Shown one piece after another: positions 39,989 to 53,068 of a stretch of DNA of 64,000 bases; the first letter of the stretch is position 1, and every line of letters starts with the position of its first letter. The position numbers and the translations under genes are program-made. Source of the stretch: the human T2T-CHM13v2.0 reference genome, Homo sapiens; NCBI RefSeq assembly GCF_009914755.1, contig NC_060936.1, one strand, 5' to 3'. Under the pieces are notes generated by a model. That model saw nothing but the letters and a program-made list of their open reading frames with translations. It did not search any database and was not told the origin of the DNA.

Positions 39989-40867
39989 GAGCAGTTTTCA
40001 AAGTCTGGTTTTGGGCCATCCTGACACCCTGTCAGAAGGTCTTTGAGGTCCTCCTTTTTCAACTATTGGATACATAGCCATGTGCAGCTAGATTTCCTCC
40101 ACAGACTTCAACCAAAGCAACATATCACAACAGATGGAATGCAGTGCCTGCAGTAAGCCAGACATGAAGGAGATGTGCAAAAATTTAAAACAATGCCACT
40201 CTTCTCATTCAATATTTTTGTTTTGAAAATGCCAAATAGAAACAACACCAGACTTAGATAAGGAGTAACTTCATTTGAAAAGACAATTGCAATAAAGAGA
40301 ATGCTTTGACCTCAGGATGAGGAAGTGTCTTAAAATTAAGCAGAAAAAGGTTTTTCTTATATAGGGAAGGGTAAGCAGAGATGGCAGGGACTATATGGGT
40401 GAGGAGGACAAGCAGGTGGGTGAACAGGGGGCAAAATCAGGTACTTCAACAAGTAATGTTTCTCTTGTGGTTAGTCAGTTCTCAGAAGGAGCTGTTAAGG
40501 GAGGATGTTTCACAGCTTAGTGCTTTAGGCCTTGCTCGAACTTGGGGGCTAGCCAAAGTTTGGGAGCCCACTGGAAGGAGAGAAGCCTGATTAAAATTTG
40601 GTCAAGCAAAAGTTCCGTGGATAAGTAACAGACAATCGTGAGCACTTGGTCAAAAACTATAGTCATTTTTCGTGAAAATAATTATGTGTTTATAAGCAAT
40701 GAGTCTGTTATTTTGTGGATTAGTAAATATTTTTAAATGTCTCAGGTTTAAATTTTATGCAGTAAATGTCAAGAGATACAACCCCCATAAACAAAAGCTC
40801 TTTGGAGGCCTCAATAATTTCTAAGAGTATGAAGGGATCCTGAAACCAAAATGTTCAAAAACCACCA
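39989..40867. mobile_element. Charlie4a-like hAT element split by an LTR
   Basis: aagccagacat..gagatgtgcaaaaatttaaaacaatgccactcttctca ... cataaacaaaagctctttgg. 8-bp TSD CTCTAGAA / CTCTAGAT, the NTCTAGAN preference of Charlie elements. Confidence 0.8.
40230..40652 (-). mobile_element. MER67-like ERV1 LTR
   Basis: Reverse complement begins tgaccaag...gcttgaccaaattttaatcaggcttctctccttcc. TG...CA ends with AAAA flanks. Confidence 0.7.
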
Positions 40868-40914
40868 CTCTAGATTATTCTAGATAACCATGCCCATTAA
40901 TCCTAGAGCAATGA

Positions 40915-41215
40915 CAGGACTTAGAGATTTTTTCATTCACTCCTTTCATATTGTGGATAAGTTGAAACTTAGGGTAGCCATGTGACTTGCCCAAGATCAG
41001 TGAGTGAAAAGCATCACTAAGTTTTAAATACTGATTTCCTCATTCCTAACCCTGTGTTTACCCTACTATTGCTATACAATTTCAGATATGTCTATTTCGT
41101 ATCCAAACTTTGAGAACAAGTCTCTGTCTTATACTTCTTTCATATACTTCAGAGCTGCTGGCATATGTCTCAAATAATCAAATGATGGGTGCTCAAAATT
41201 CTCGTTGGATGAATG
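40915..41215. mobile_element. MIR (-) followed by an L2 tail (+) fragment
   Basis: tgtgacttgcccaagatca ... then gggtgctcaaaattctcgttggatgaatg. Confidence 0.55.
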
Positions 41216-41265
41216 TATACAGGAATAAAGGAGAGAAGGAAAGACAAAAGAGAGAACAGGAAACA

Positions 41266-41334
41266 TGGATGGATGGAAGGAAGGAAGGAAGGGAGGGAGG
41301 GAGGGAGGGAGGGAGGGAAGGAGGGGGAAGGAAA
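41266..41334 (+). repeat. (GGAT)n-(GGAA)n-(GGGA)n simple repeat
   Basis: tggatggatggaaggaaggaaggaagggagggagggagggagggagggagggaagg, read directly. Confidence 0.95.
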
Positions 41335-41890
41335 GTCTTTTATGAACCCATAGGCCTTGAAACCATTTCACTCTCTCAGCAACACCCACATACAATAATC
41401 TCTTAATTATTTCCAGGCTCCAGGGACACAAAAATCTGGTCTACAAGAAACTCTCAATATCTTCCTTAAAAGTCTACACTGAAGGCTTACATATCCAAAG
41501 AAAGGCTCATAGAAGCAGCATGGCTTGTACCATCCTCATGTGCACAGCCTCCCCGGAAACCACAGAAGGAACGTCACTGCTGCTTTGCTCTGTTCCACCT
41601 GTTCCCCACATACCTATGGCTTCACAGACTCCTGAAACCTATGGGGGTTCAACTGGACAAAGGGAAAAGGCAGACAGAGCAGTGTGTCAAGACAAACAAG
41701 AGGTCCAGTCATGGCGTGATGGAGCAGAGGTACCAGGAGGAGACAGGGTCAGAACAGATGGTAACTCCTACAACAGTCTGCTTTTAAAAAGCCAAAGAAA
41801 CAAGAAAGGCTATTGATCTTTTAAGAAAAAGGAAACAAAAGCTAGGAAATAGTTGGGTAAAATCACTTCTTAACAAAGAAACACCAGAGC

Positions 41891-41928
41891 GCCTGGCTAG
41901 CTCAGTCAGTAGAGCATGAGATTCTCAA
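41891..41928 (+). pseudogene. 5'-half tRNA-Lys(CTT)-derived fragment (tailless retropseudogene)
   Basis: gcctggctagctcagtcagtagagcatgagattctcaa versus tRNA-Lys-CTT GCCCGGCTAGCTCAGTCGGTAGAGCATGAGACTCTTAA: 34/38 identical, two of the differences at CpGs. Stops in the anticodon loop. Confidence 0.88.
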
Positions 41929-42319
41929 CAAAGAGAAAGCATCCCTTCTTGTGTTAAGGCCATACTATTGCACAGGGTTTTATTCAAACTTTGCACAGGA
42001 TTTTATTCAAACTTTTTTCTGCTGTCCCAGAAATATTATTCAGACCTCAACTCTAGAGATTAGAATGTAAAGGTGGGAGTCTGTGGGTGGAGTGATATTA
42101 GCTTGATTCCAATTGCTGACTTCATGACCACTGATGAGGGCTTCAGGGCAGGTCCATGATGTTCATTTGTTTTCCTTAGTCAAGTTAATGCTAGCTAACT
42201 TTGGCCAGAAATTAATTAATCCTGCTCAGGGTGCTAGGAAATTCTAGATGTAGCTTGTAGATTATCTCATTTCTCCACTGTCTTCAGTCAGTTCATACAG
42301 AATTTCAAAAACTATCTCA

Positions 42320-43570
42320 AATCCATATATTTGCTCTTCCTACACTGCTAGGGTTCAAACTGCCATTGTTGCTCGTCGTGTTGGTCAAGATCCAGTCAGG
42401 AAAATAAAATCCAAGCTCCGAGTAGAGGAAATTGAGAGATCTCATTACAAAGGTGTTGGGAGAGCTGCAAAGACAATCAGGGAATGAGGATGTGACCCAG
42501 AGATCAGTAGGGAGTCCCTGTCACCTCCAGGGTTGGGGGAATCTTGGAAGGAGATGGTATTGCTAAAGTTCAAGAACCGAGGAAGCCAGGTAGAAATAGA
42601 AACCATGTAGAAGACTGCCCTGCGGGATCTGGGGCCACAGACAATGGGACTATCCAGTGGGTCTATGTGGAAACAGCTGACACCAAAGAGGACCAGCATT
42701 GCTGGGGTTGCCCCAAGAAACAAGGAGGGACAATGGAAAATACCCTGGCTTCTCCCTTTTTCTAGTTCTCAAATCTCCCTCCACAGCCTCCTATCAGTAC
42801 AACCCACACAAAAGCAGATTGGCTGAGGAGTTTGGGAAATATACTTTGTTTTGTATGAGAAGGGTGGAGAATGGATTTGAAAACAAGCAGGCAAGTGACC
42901 AGCACATTCACCAACCCCATGAAAGTTTCCTCCCAACTGGTCTCTTGGTTTTCATTCTTGCTGCCCTCCCATCTTTTCTCTAAGTTGAGATCTCTTTAAA
43001 CGGATTCTCATCACTTCCCTTCTTCTACCCTTCAGAGGCTTTCTATCACTTTGAGGATAAAATCTAAACTCTCTACCACAGTCTACAAGCCCCTGTGTGG
43101 TCCTTCGTCTGCCCATCTTCCCAGCCTAATTTCAGTCACTCTTCCCCTCACTCACTGAGCAACAACCCCATGAGCTGTCTTCTACTCCCTCCAATGTGTC
43201 AAACTGCAGGCCCTTCACACCTGTCCTTCCATATGTCTGGAAAGATCTATTCCTCCTGCTTTGGCTAAATGCTACTTTGTCCTATGGCTTTCAGCTTACA
43301 AGTCATTTCTTGGGAGGGGCTTTCCCAGACCTTCCCCATTTCAGTTAGATGCAACTTTTGTGGTCTTAATCCCCATATGTTTCCTTCATGGCACTTAACA
43401 ATATTGATAGGAATATATTTGCTTGTGTCTCTATTTTTTTTTTTAACATTGGCTTGCCACTTGTCTGGAACCTGAACAGTGGGGATCTCACCGAGTCTTG
43501 TCCCTGAGGTGGCTGCTGCATCTAGCTCCATGCCTGGCACAGATAGGTGCCCACTAAAGAATGGTAGAGG
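42320..43570 (+). mobile_element. L2 3' portion interrupted by an LTR41/LTR33-like ERVL LTR (about 42378-42905, - strand)
   Basis: L2: ggataaaatctaaactctctaccacagtctacaagcccctg ... catgcctggcacagataggtgccca. LTR: ggtcaagatccagtcaggaaaataaa ... gtgaccagcaca. Confidence 0.65.
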
Positions 43571-44049
43571 ATAAACACAGAGGGAGAGTATGATGAAAGC
43601 ATGTTATTTAATTCATAAGCTTTTCCAAAGTCCATCTGGTCTCCGTTCTGCCCCTTCATTGAGAAACCCAGGAACTAACCATCTTTGAATAAAGTCTCCC
43701 CAATGGTAAATAGATTTGCAAAGCTGCTATTGCTAAACTGAGCTTCAAGGATACATTTTTTTGACTTCTGTGTTTGGAAGGACAAAAAGTTCATCATGTC
43801 CTTTAGAGAATAACTCTTGCTGAGAAGACAGGAGAATTCTGAAGCTGCCGGTTACCTTTGCGCAACAACATGTGAAAAAGCTTCCCCCTTTTTATTTCCA
43901 GTCAACACTGTAGCTTGTCCTTATTTTTTGTGTGTGACTATGATTTTGTTATGCTTTGTAATGTGCATTTAGTAACATAAGGATATCACAGTATGTTTAT
44001 GTTACTCATAAAAGACCATACCATTCTTTCTGGATGTGAGCACATTTTT

Positions 44050-44100
44050 AAAAAAAAGAAAGAAAGAAAGAAACAAAACAAACAACAACAACAACAAAAA
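44050..44100 (+). repeat. A-rich simple repeat (AAAG)n(AAAC)n(AAC)n
   Basis: Read directly. Confidence 0.9.
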
Positions 44101-44914
44101 TCTCTTTTAAGTAGGTTTTGTTTTTCAAACAGGAAAGGCTACTGGTTTAATACAAGTTAAGGACACGTCCAGGGTTGTAACCACGGCCCCTCCTTGTGGC
44201 AAAACACATGCAATGACTCCACATACCATCTCTATTATATCCGCTCTATCTAACCTTTATCAGCAAACCAACAGAGGAGCACCCTACCCAGGCAATCTTT
44301 GTCTGGAATTTCAGCCATGGCTTTGAGACATTTCTCATCGTTTCCTTACCACACTCCCCAAAGCATTTTCTTAGTGGGGCAGCCCTCAAGTCTTTAATTC
44401 CAGCTTGTTATTTCTCTTCTTACAGAGCTAAGCGTGTTATTAATAACAGCAACGAAAAAATTAAGTATGGTGTGCACACTAATCTAAAATTTTGAGCTGG
44501 CAATTAGTTGGAGTGAAATGCAATTAGATGTTTTCCTTCAAGTCCTAATTTACATGCTGGAAAACATGGGCAGCCTTTGCAAGTAATTGCAAAAATAAGC
44601 CCTGCTTTTTGTGTCTGTGTACAAATACGAAGCTCCCCAGCACACCTGCCTTTGCCTAAATAGAATAGAGTCCCAGGGGTCTCCTTGCTTTATGATCACT
44701 GAGATATACAGCAGAAAAGGAACTGATCAGCCTTTAGGTGAAAATGTGTTTTCTCTCCACTGCAGAAATTTAGTATTAATTGACATTGACATAACCCATG
44801 GAGAACTGGGGTGCATAAATAAGTCTGACAGTTTTTCCATGTAACCCCATGAGGTGAATTGAGGCTCTTCAGAGCTGCAGCACCCCTTTGTGTGCACTCA
44901 GAGTAATAGCTGAT

Positions 44915-45060
44915 ACAATTCAATCCGTTAAACACTTCATGAGCATCTACCCTATACAACACTACTAGGAGCCCTGGAGGAAACATATCAAATGAGATAC
45001 TGTTGACATCTTCAAGAGGGTACAGTCTAGTAGACCAGACAAGACACACACACAAATATC
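44915..45060 (-). mobile_element. L2 tail fragment
   Basis: aaacacttcatgagcatctac...cttcaagagggtacagtctagtag. Confidence 0.55.
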
Positions 45061-46397
45061 ACCAACGGATGGGCTCCATGGGTATAGAGAGGTTACACCC
45101 CTGGCAGCTGCACCTCAGTGTCTCCTGAGGAACAAGAAGTGGAGGTGTCTCAGCAAATATATCAGCACCCCAAGAAAAAATCTAGTTTCAGCTCAAAGCT
45201 CAATCAAGAAGTTATTCTTGTAATACAAGGATATGGAGGGGGAACTTCCTATCATTGCAGAAAAGCAAAGTACAGAAAGAGGAAAGTAGGGTGATTTTGC
45301 AGAACATAAAAGCAAAGGAAAAATCCAGGACTATGTGTTTTCTGCAGAAAGCATTAGGGCTCTGATAGAAGTAAGCAACATCTTAGTACAGATAAGTGTT
45401 CAAAACAAGGAGTTACACATAGAATCCAAGAGCCAGTAGAACTTGGATGATACAAAGAGGAAAAAATAAAGAAGCCAGCACAGAACAGAAACCTTTCTGC
45501 TGGCCACACTACTGAGCATTTTATTAATTCCTTAGTGAGGAGAAAATTAGCAAACATCAGAATCCTCCCCATATATAATGTATAAGTCCTTATTTATAAG
45601 TAATTTTGCCTTCTAACTCCACATGGTTCTCATTTCATAGCATGGGTTCAGTTATTATTTAATTATCCTTACCCCATATTGTTTCAAAAATAATTTAAAG
45701 CAACTAACATTTTTATTTTCTTCATAAAGTCCCAAGATAAAGAGCTCCTTTTAGATAGTGTCATATACACAAAATCTAAACTGAGGAACCCCATCTGATG
45801 GCAGTGATTATGACACCTTGTAAAATGACACAAGTGTCAGGACTTTGTTGTGCCTGAGTGCACCATAGATTACAAAAATGCAAAGTGCTGTAGTCAGGAT
45901 ACAAACAAAGAAAAGAAGTAATTGCAGCTGGAGAGACCAGGAAGAGCCTCATGTGGGAAGTACCGCTTGCAGGATGGATGGGAGTGTAGGAAGAGAGGCA
46001 TTCCTGACATAGAGAATAGTGTGTGCAAAGACATGGAGGTAGGAAAGGACCTGACTGTGCACATTTTAGAAAAGAAGAAAACAGAGAAATGCTTTGTCAT
46101 TTATGTTCTCAATTTTTTTAAAGTCCTTGCTCTTGTTCTATATCAGGAATACTCAGGAGATGAAAAATAGCACAGAACCTTTTTCCCTGTGACAGACGAT
46201 GAGATGCTAATGGAGCCAGCCTCACACTAGGTGAAGGTCCATTGCATAGGGTTATGGGTTATGATGGGATTTCAGAGTGAATATTCTTCTTAAAAATATT
46301 CTTACATCCTTATATTTGGCTTACCTTGAATTTCTCTACAGGAGCAAAATGTTTCATTTTACAACTGGCAATAGTGTTTTAAAGGCAAATACTCTTA

Positions 46398-46734
<337 letters not shown>

Positions 46735-48153
46735 TTATTCCCATGACATAGCTATCTATCTGTCATGTCTGGCCAGTTTGGCTAAAGAAGGAAGTTTCAG
46801 ACCTGAAACAGGGACCAGGTTAAGGTCCAGGTTTGAGTTAGGATGCAAGCAGGAAAAAAAGGTCCAGAAGAAGGTTGGTAGTCAGAATGACTACTGTGGT
46901 CAACTTCCTATGTATATGGGAATCAGTTCTTGGTACAGAAATGTCCCCTAGATTACTGAGTCAGGCAAGGAAAATTCAGTCACTAAACATTGGTGTAGCT
47001 CTCTAATAATAGCAAGCCTTCCTATAAAACTCAGCACAAAGTTATCCAAAGACCTCAAAATGGCTTATCCATTATTTGCTGCCTCCAGGTTTTCATGAGA
47101 TCTTTTTAGTCTTCAAGGAAGACCAAAGCTGTGGACTGCTGAACAATTATTTAAAGAAAAACTCATTTTAAAACATGGGCTTATTTTAATTTATTAAAAT
47201 ATGCAAGGTAATGCATGCTGGTTTGGAGGAGGGAGAGCTGCCATAGAAATGAAGAAATTGAAGGACCCCTGCTTAATGCCATCCCAGAAGGTGTTTCTAA
47301 ACAAGAGTGGCATGACCAAGGAGGGGCTCACTTTTTGTGGGAAAGGAAATATAGGTTGGTAAAAATGAGAGCTGCTTTTATAAAGGGAGCATTACTAAAT
47401 GGAAAGGGGAGTGTGAGAGCTGTCATCTACAGTCTCACACTCTGCAGGAGATGTGAAGAGGGATCACAGGTGATTAGAAATGTTTTGAGCTAGCTAACTC
47501 TCCCAGGTAAGGTTAAGCTCAGCAAGAAGACCCCTGCCAGACTATGGCTCCACCTTTGATCTACACTCAGTAAGCAGTTGGCCTTCTGACCTTTATCAAA
47601 AGCATGTTTGAGTGGATGAAAACATGAAGTGGAAGATGGTAGTTATGAAGTATCCAGGTATCCATGGTTAATTGCATTAACCCTCACTTGTCTATCTGGA
47701 CATTGTGTGAGGGTCCTTTTGTTCTTTGTATATGGGTCCTATAGGCACAGAGCATAGCCCAGGGAGCTCCCCACTTTCTTCATCAGTGATCTGGAAATTT
47801 ACTTATTTCCAGACACCAACTGTATTGTTACAGTGTTAACGTATTCTTTTATGTTCCCTGCTGGGAATGACTTTCAATAATGACCAACTATCCTAATAGG
47901 ATGATTTCCTGGTTTAAGTTGACTCATGTCAATAGGCAGGTAAGAAATAGGATCCTTTATCAGGGTAATGGTTTTTTAAAAATACATAATCCTAGAAAAA
48001 AAATATGGATGTTAAAATCCACAGGGCTTGGTTATTCATTGGATTTGGTTGAAGACTAGGGGACTGTGAATTGCGGGACTGAACAGAGGACGGTGACACC
48101 AGTTGAAGTAGAAAATAGACTTACACGTAGAACTCAAGGTACCTGAGGGTCAC

Positions 48154-48540
48154 TATATTGGTAAAGAAAGGTCAAGCTTTTCTGTGGCAACAAATCACCT
48201 CAAATCTCTGTGACTTAAACTTTTATTTCTTGCTCCTACTATAGCCCAGTGGAGTTTAGACAGCTCTCCTGGAAAGCTCTCCTTAAAGGAGTGGCTCAGG
48301 AATCCAGGATCCTCCCACATTATGAATCTGCTATCTTGCAGAGCACTGCTTCCAGTCATGAGGACAGGAGAGAGAGATGTGTAGAATTGGTGCATATTAT
48401 TCCCACTCACATCAGTACAAGAGCTAGTGTTCATTCATTTGGTCCCAAACTAAATGCAGGAGAGGCTAGAATTTACAGTCTTCCTGTATGCCCAGGAAGA
48501 GGAGCAGGTTTAGATAAGCATCAGGCCTGTCTCTGCTACA
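48154..48540 (-). mobile_element. Old MLT1 (I/J-type) LTR
   Basis: gtggcaacaaatcacctcaaatctctgtgacttaaa ... gtggctcaggaatccagg ... tgcccaggaagagga ... tctctgctaca. Confidence 0.7.
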
Positions 48541-48544
48541 GATA

Positions 48545-48890
48545 CCCAAATGACAATAGCTAGCAGGTAGCCAAATAGACCCATCTAGGGTTCAGGGAGA
48601 GGAGGACATGAATCAGAGCAGGAGGCGTAAATGTAGACATGGTCAACCACTTAAACCTAGAAAAATACATGAGATCCAAGGAGAATATATATGGGAAGAA
48701 AAGGAGGGAAACCTAAGGAACACCAACTTTTAGAGTCAGAGACGGGACACTGTAAAAGATGGCCAATGTGGAAATTCACAGGGACAAGATGAGGAACATT
48801 GAAAGTACAACAAAGAAATTCTCTTCTAGGAATTGAGATAAATTTGGCATTCATTGAAGTGAAGCTAGTTAATAGTGAAGTGACCACATT
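48545..48890 (-). mobile_element. L2 fragment
   Basis: aaacctaaggaacaccaactttt ... gtgaccac, degenerate L2 antisense. Confidence 0.5.
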
Positions 48891-49199
48891 TACAGACCCA
48901 GAAACGTTAGCTCATTCTGACAAGAAATTTTCATTCTTTCTGCATAATAGAGGAGTTCTGGGATTTGTGGTTTGGATGCTGGGACAATAGCATTTCTAGG
49001 AATTTCTAATGGATTCATAGAAATTATATTAGGATAACAAGAAAACACCTCCAGAACAGTTGGTATCTCTAAAAGGGAAGGTGAACTGAGCTGGGAACCA
49101 TAAGGAGTTCTAGCTCTGGTTCTATGTGGCCATGCTGAGGTCATTTCGTCTCTCTGGATGTCAATCTCTAAATCTCTGAATGTGGGGATGGCCCTTACA

Positions 49200-49440
49200 G
49201 TAACAGTAACAAGGGTGACATTCACTGAGTACTCATGGTGTGCCAGAGCTTGCTCTAAATTTTTTTCACAAATTATCTCATTTATTCAATTCTATTCATT
49301 TCAATCCTGTGAAGGAGATACTATAAGAATCTCCATTTTACAGATGTGGAAACTGAGGCTGACAGAAGTTAAGTAAGTTGCTCATGATCACATAGGAAAT
49401 TCTGGCCCGGGCAAATAGAAACCTAGGCTAATGGTGCTCT
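49200..49440 (-). mobile_element. MIR
   Basis: ctccattttacagatgtggaaactgaggctgacagaagttaagtaagttgctcatgatcaca. Confidence 0.88.
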
Positions 49441-52400
49441 CAAACTTTCACTCATTCATTCAGTAAATATATAATGAGCACTTCACAGACATAGCCCCTG
49501 CTCTTAGGGAGCATTTTTCCAAGAAACAGAATGCTAAGCACAGAGGTCTTTGCCCTCCAACACCCAGGCTGGGGGGCTAATCAAGAGCCATGCTCCCCTA
49601 AGTACATGCCTCCTCATCTGGGTTCTAAATAGAAGAAATGTTAAGCCCAGAAACTGATGGGCCCTCAGTACCCATGAAAAGGCGCTTTTCCATTTTTGAG
49701 AAGATGATTCTCCCATCTTTGTTAGCTGGAGTAGTTTGGTAATTAGGTTCTTTATCACTTTGTCAAAATGGAGTAAGAAGAGCTAAACAAAGCTAGACTT
49801 CAATGACCTGTATTCCATCAATATGAAGAAAATGTATAAGGTGACCCAATTTCTAAGCCCTTTTGAAGGTAAAGAGTTTAATCTTCTCGCATACAAAGAA
49901 AAGGTGTTTTTCTTTTAAATCTATTTATCAATTTATGTAGTGTAATATTCTCACTATAATAAACCATAGAACTTAATGTATTCTACAAGATTATCAATAT
50001 GATCACGTAATGCAAAGTACCAGAGAAAAACTACAATAACACAGTAAACTAAACTGGTTTATTATTTTACTTTTTAATTTCAATTTAGGTGCATTCGTTG
50101 TTCCCCTATAATTGTCATTAAAATTAAATTCTCTTTTCCAATCAAAATAAAATCAAAATGTTTAGCTGTTGAGCCTCTCTGAGCTCTCCATAAATCCCAT
50201 TTAACAGGTAAAATAAAAGCCATGTCTGGCACCCTATCAGTCTCCAACAGTGTTATTTATTATATACACATCACACACAGCAAAAAGATGGTGACTTTTT
50301 TTAAATTTTGAAAGCCCAACTCCAAAAAAGATGCGTTGTTAATGGTGATGTTTTTCTATATTGTCGAGTCTTTTCACTACTATGTCACTAGGGCCTAGTC
50401 CAGTGCTGGGTCATGGTACATATTCGCTATTTAGTTGCTGAATGATTTGAAAAGATAAGGGTATATTATTTACTGAGTAAACAGCAGTAAACAAGGCATA
50501 TAAGGTCCTTGAAATCAAGAAATTTACATTTGTATAGTGAGGGGCAGGAAATGTAAAAAAAATCAGATAACTTATTCTGGCAAGAGATCATAATTACTAG
50601 TATGCTCTTGCTTATTTAAAAAAAAATCTTATTTATACCATTGGAAGTGATCTTCTTTAACTGAATAAATAAAACTTCTGGAAGAATGAACATGGTATGA
50701 TAGAAGTAGGCATCCCACCAGCCCATTCTGTCTACTCAAGTCTAGTAATCCACCTTGACCAGCCTTGCATTCTGTTCCTTTAATAAACATAAGTCCACAT
50801 CACCCCAGCTCCAACAAAGCAACTACTAAAACAGCCTGAAATGTCCAGATGTTGCTAGTCTTTCACCCAAGAACAAAACAATTTAGTTATTCTGCAGGAC
50901 AAGAACTAAAGATTAATGTTATCTAGGTCTATAGATATATAATTGCAATGGTACACATAAGCATGAGTTGTGTTAGCTGTATGCATACCCATCTTAAATG
51001 TTTTACTCACATAGTTTTAACTTGTCCCCATCTGGCTAAAAGTAAATACAGTAACTCCAGGCAAAATTAAACCCAAGAAAAGTCTGTCTTAGGTGCTCAG
51101 CCTTCTCTTTCTGTACCCTGCTATCTTATGCTCACGTAATCACTACATCAGTTAGGGTTTGTGAGGAAAATGGAAACCATTCTAAGTATTTCAAGTAGAT
51201 TATAGTTTAATTCAAGGAATTAGGAACTTCCAAAATTGTTGGAAGGGCTTGAGAATAGCAAACAATGAACTCAACTACAACACCAAAGAAAACTATTTGA
51301 AGAGAAAAAAAAAAGTCTCAGATTTTGAAATTTAATTTTTAGATATAGCCTAAATAAAGTAGCCCCAACTTTCTCAAAGAACAAAAATTGCCCATCAAAA
51401 AATCTATTCACATGCTCTGTGCCTTTCTACGGAATTCTGGCTTCAAAAGCCGCTTTCTAAAATTTAAGCCTTTCTTGATAGTCATATCTTTACAATTCCA
51501 TGGAAAATGGCTATTTACTCTAAAAATGTCATTTGTAATTTGAAAATAGAAAAAGAAAAGTTCATCCACTATTGAGAGAGCTGTTTTCAGCAAAAGAAAC
51601 CATCCAAAGATCTAAGATAATACAATCATTAATTCCAAACGTTATTACCTTTTAGCATAGGTTAAGGTATTTTGAAAATGCCCCCCACCCTGCCCCATAC
51701 CCGTTTTAAGCCCCAGGAATGTGTAGTTTGCTTAAGAATCACAGGTAGCAATATTACTCACTGTAATATGCTAGGTCTACAATTTACCTTCTCATATTCA
51801 ACAATTTGACAAAATCATTCCATAAAGCAATTTATGCTATATCACACTATCACCTTAAAGGTAAAATTAAACTGTAAAGAGAAAAAAATTTTAACTAAAA
51901 TAAAAATGCAGTTTACAGCCTACATTACTTCTAGCACCAAAGCGTGTTCTATTTCTCTATTTGTATTTGTAATAAGGACCTGTAGTTTCTAGTTCTCTTT
52001 GAAGCTCCGCTCATGCTGGCATTCCCTGCCATGACAAACACCTATGTCAGTCCTTTGCTTCCAGAGCTGCACAAATATCTGCTCTCTTTTCAGATGGTAC
52101 TTGGCCCCAACTGGCTAAGACTGTGGCCATAATCACAGCTGGGAAGCAACACCTCTGTGGGGGATTTCATAATCTCCATGCCTTTTCCTAAGTCAGAATA
52201 AAGAAGATGACATCTGCGCAGCTCCTCTTCTTAGTGCCTTCACTACTCGTTATCCCCATAAGGATTGGTTACTCATTAAGCAGAAGATTGGCTTTACACC
52301 TGTCACTTGGCTTCTTCTGTTTTCCTTGCTTTGTATTTGGATACAAAAGGGCGCATTCCTTTGCTGCTTAAATATATTCAATGTTAATTTCCAAAGGACA

Positions 52401-53068
52401 GGAACATAGTAGACCATCCCTCCAGGGAGCTGGTACTCAGATATTTTGATCCAGGTTCTACTTTGGCAGAGAAAAAGACCCCATGACCTTCCTTATCTTT
52501 ACCGTGTCCACAAAAGAACAATGAAAATTTAAAAATAGAGCAGAACCAAAAGCCATTAAAAATGATAACAGTACAGGAATTTTCCAAAATGACTAGTCAA
52601 AGTACAACCTAAAAAAGTCTACCTATTTATTCACTTATGTAACTGCAGCAACTGAATACCGTGACTCATCCAAGATCATACTGGAGAAGCACTGATAACA
52701 AAACATCTTGTCCCTAATTTCAAAAATTCCACCCAACTACTTGTAGACTAGAGTTTTGTAACAATAGTAAGCATCATGTAACTACCAGACAGCATTATTA
52801 TTGTTATTATTTCAAGCAACAAAAACACATTCTGGACAACTTCAGTTAAAACTGTCCTGAGGGAGGGAAGAAATTGGTTGAAAGGGGAATGAAAGAGAAG
52901 CCAATGTGTTTTGGAAAGAACAGGAACCCAGCATCTATGGAGATAAGCAGCAGGAAGGCATAGACAGGCTGTTTAGTGAGCCACCATGCAGGGAATAAGA
53001 TGAAGCCATTTCCATTTTGGCCCATTACACTGAAGAGTGGAATTTCAGGAAGACATCCTCTAACCAGC

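Noticed and set aside
51788-51871. Possible 84-nt minus-strand exon with a strong acceptor and an AAG|GTAAAT donor
   Set aside because: All three frames contain stop codons, and such site pairs arise by chance in AT-rich DNA.
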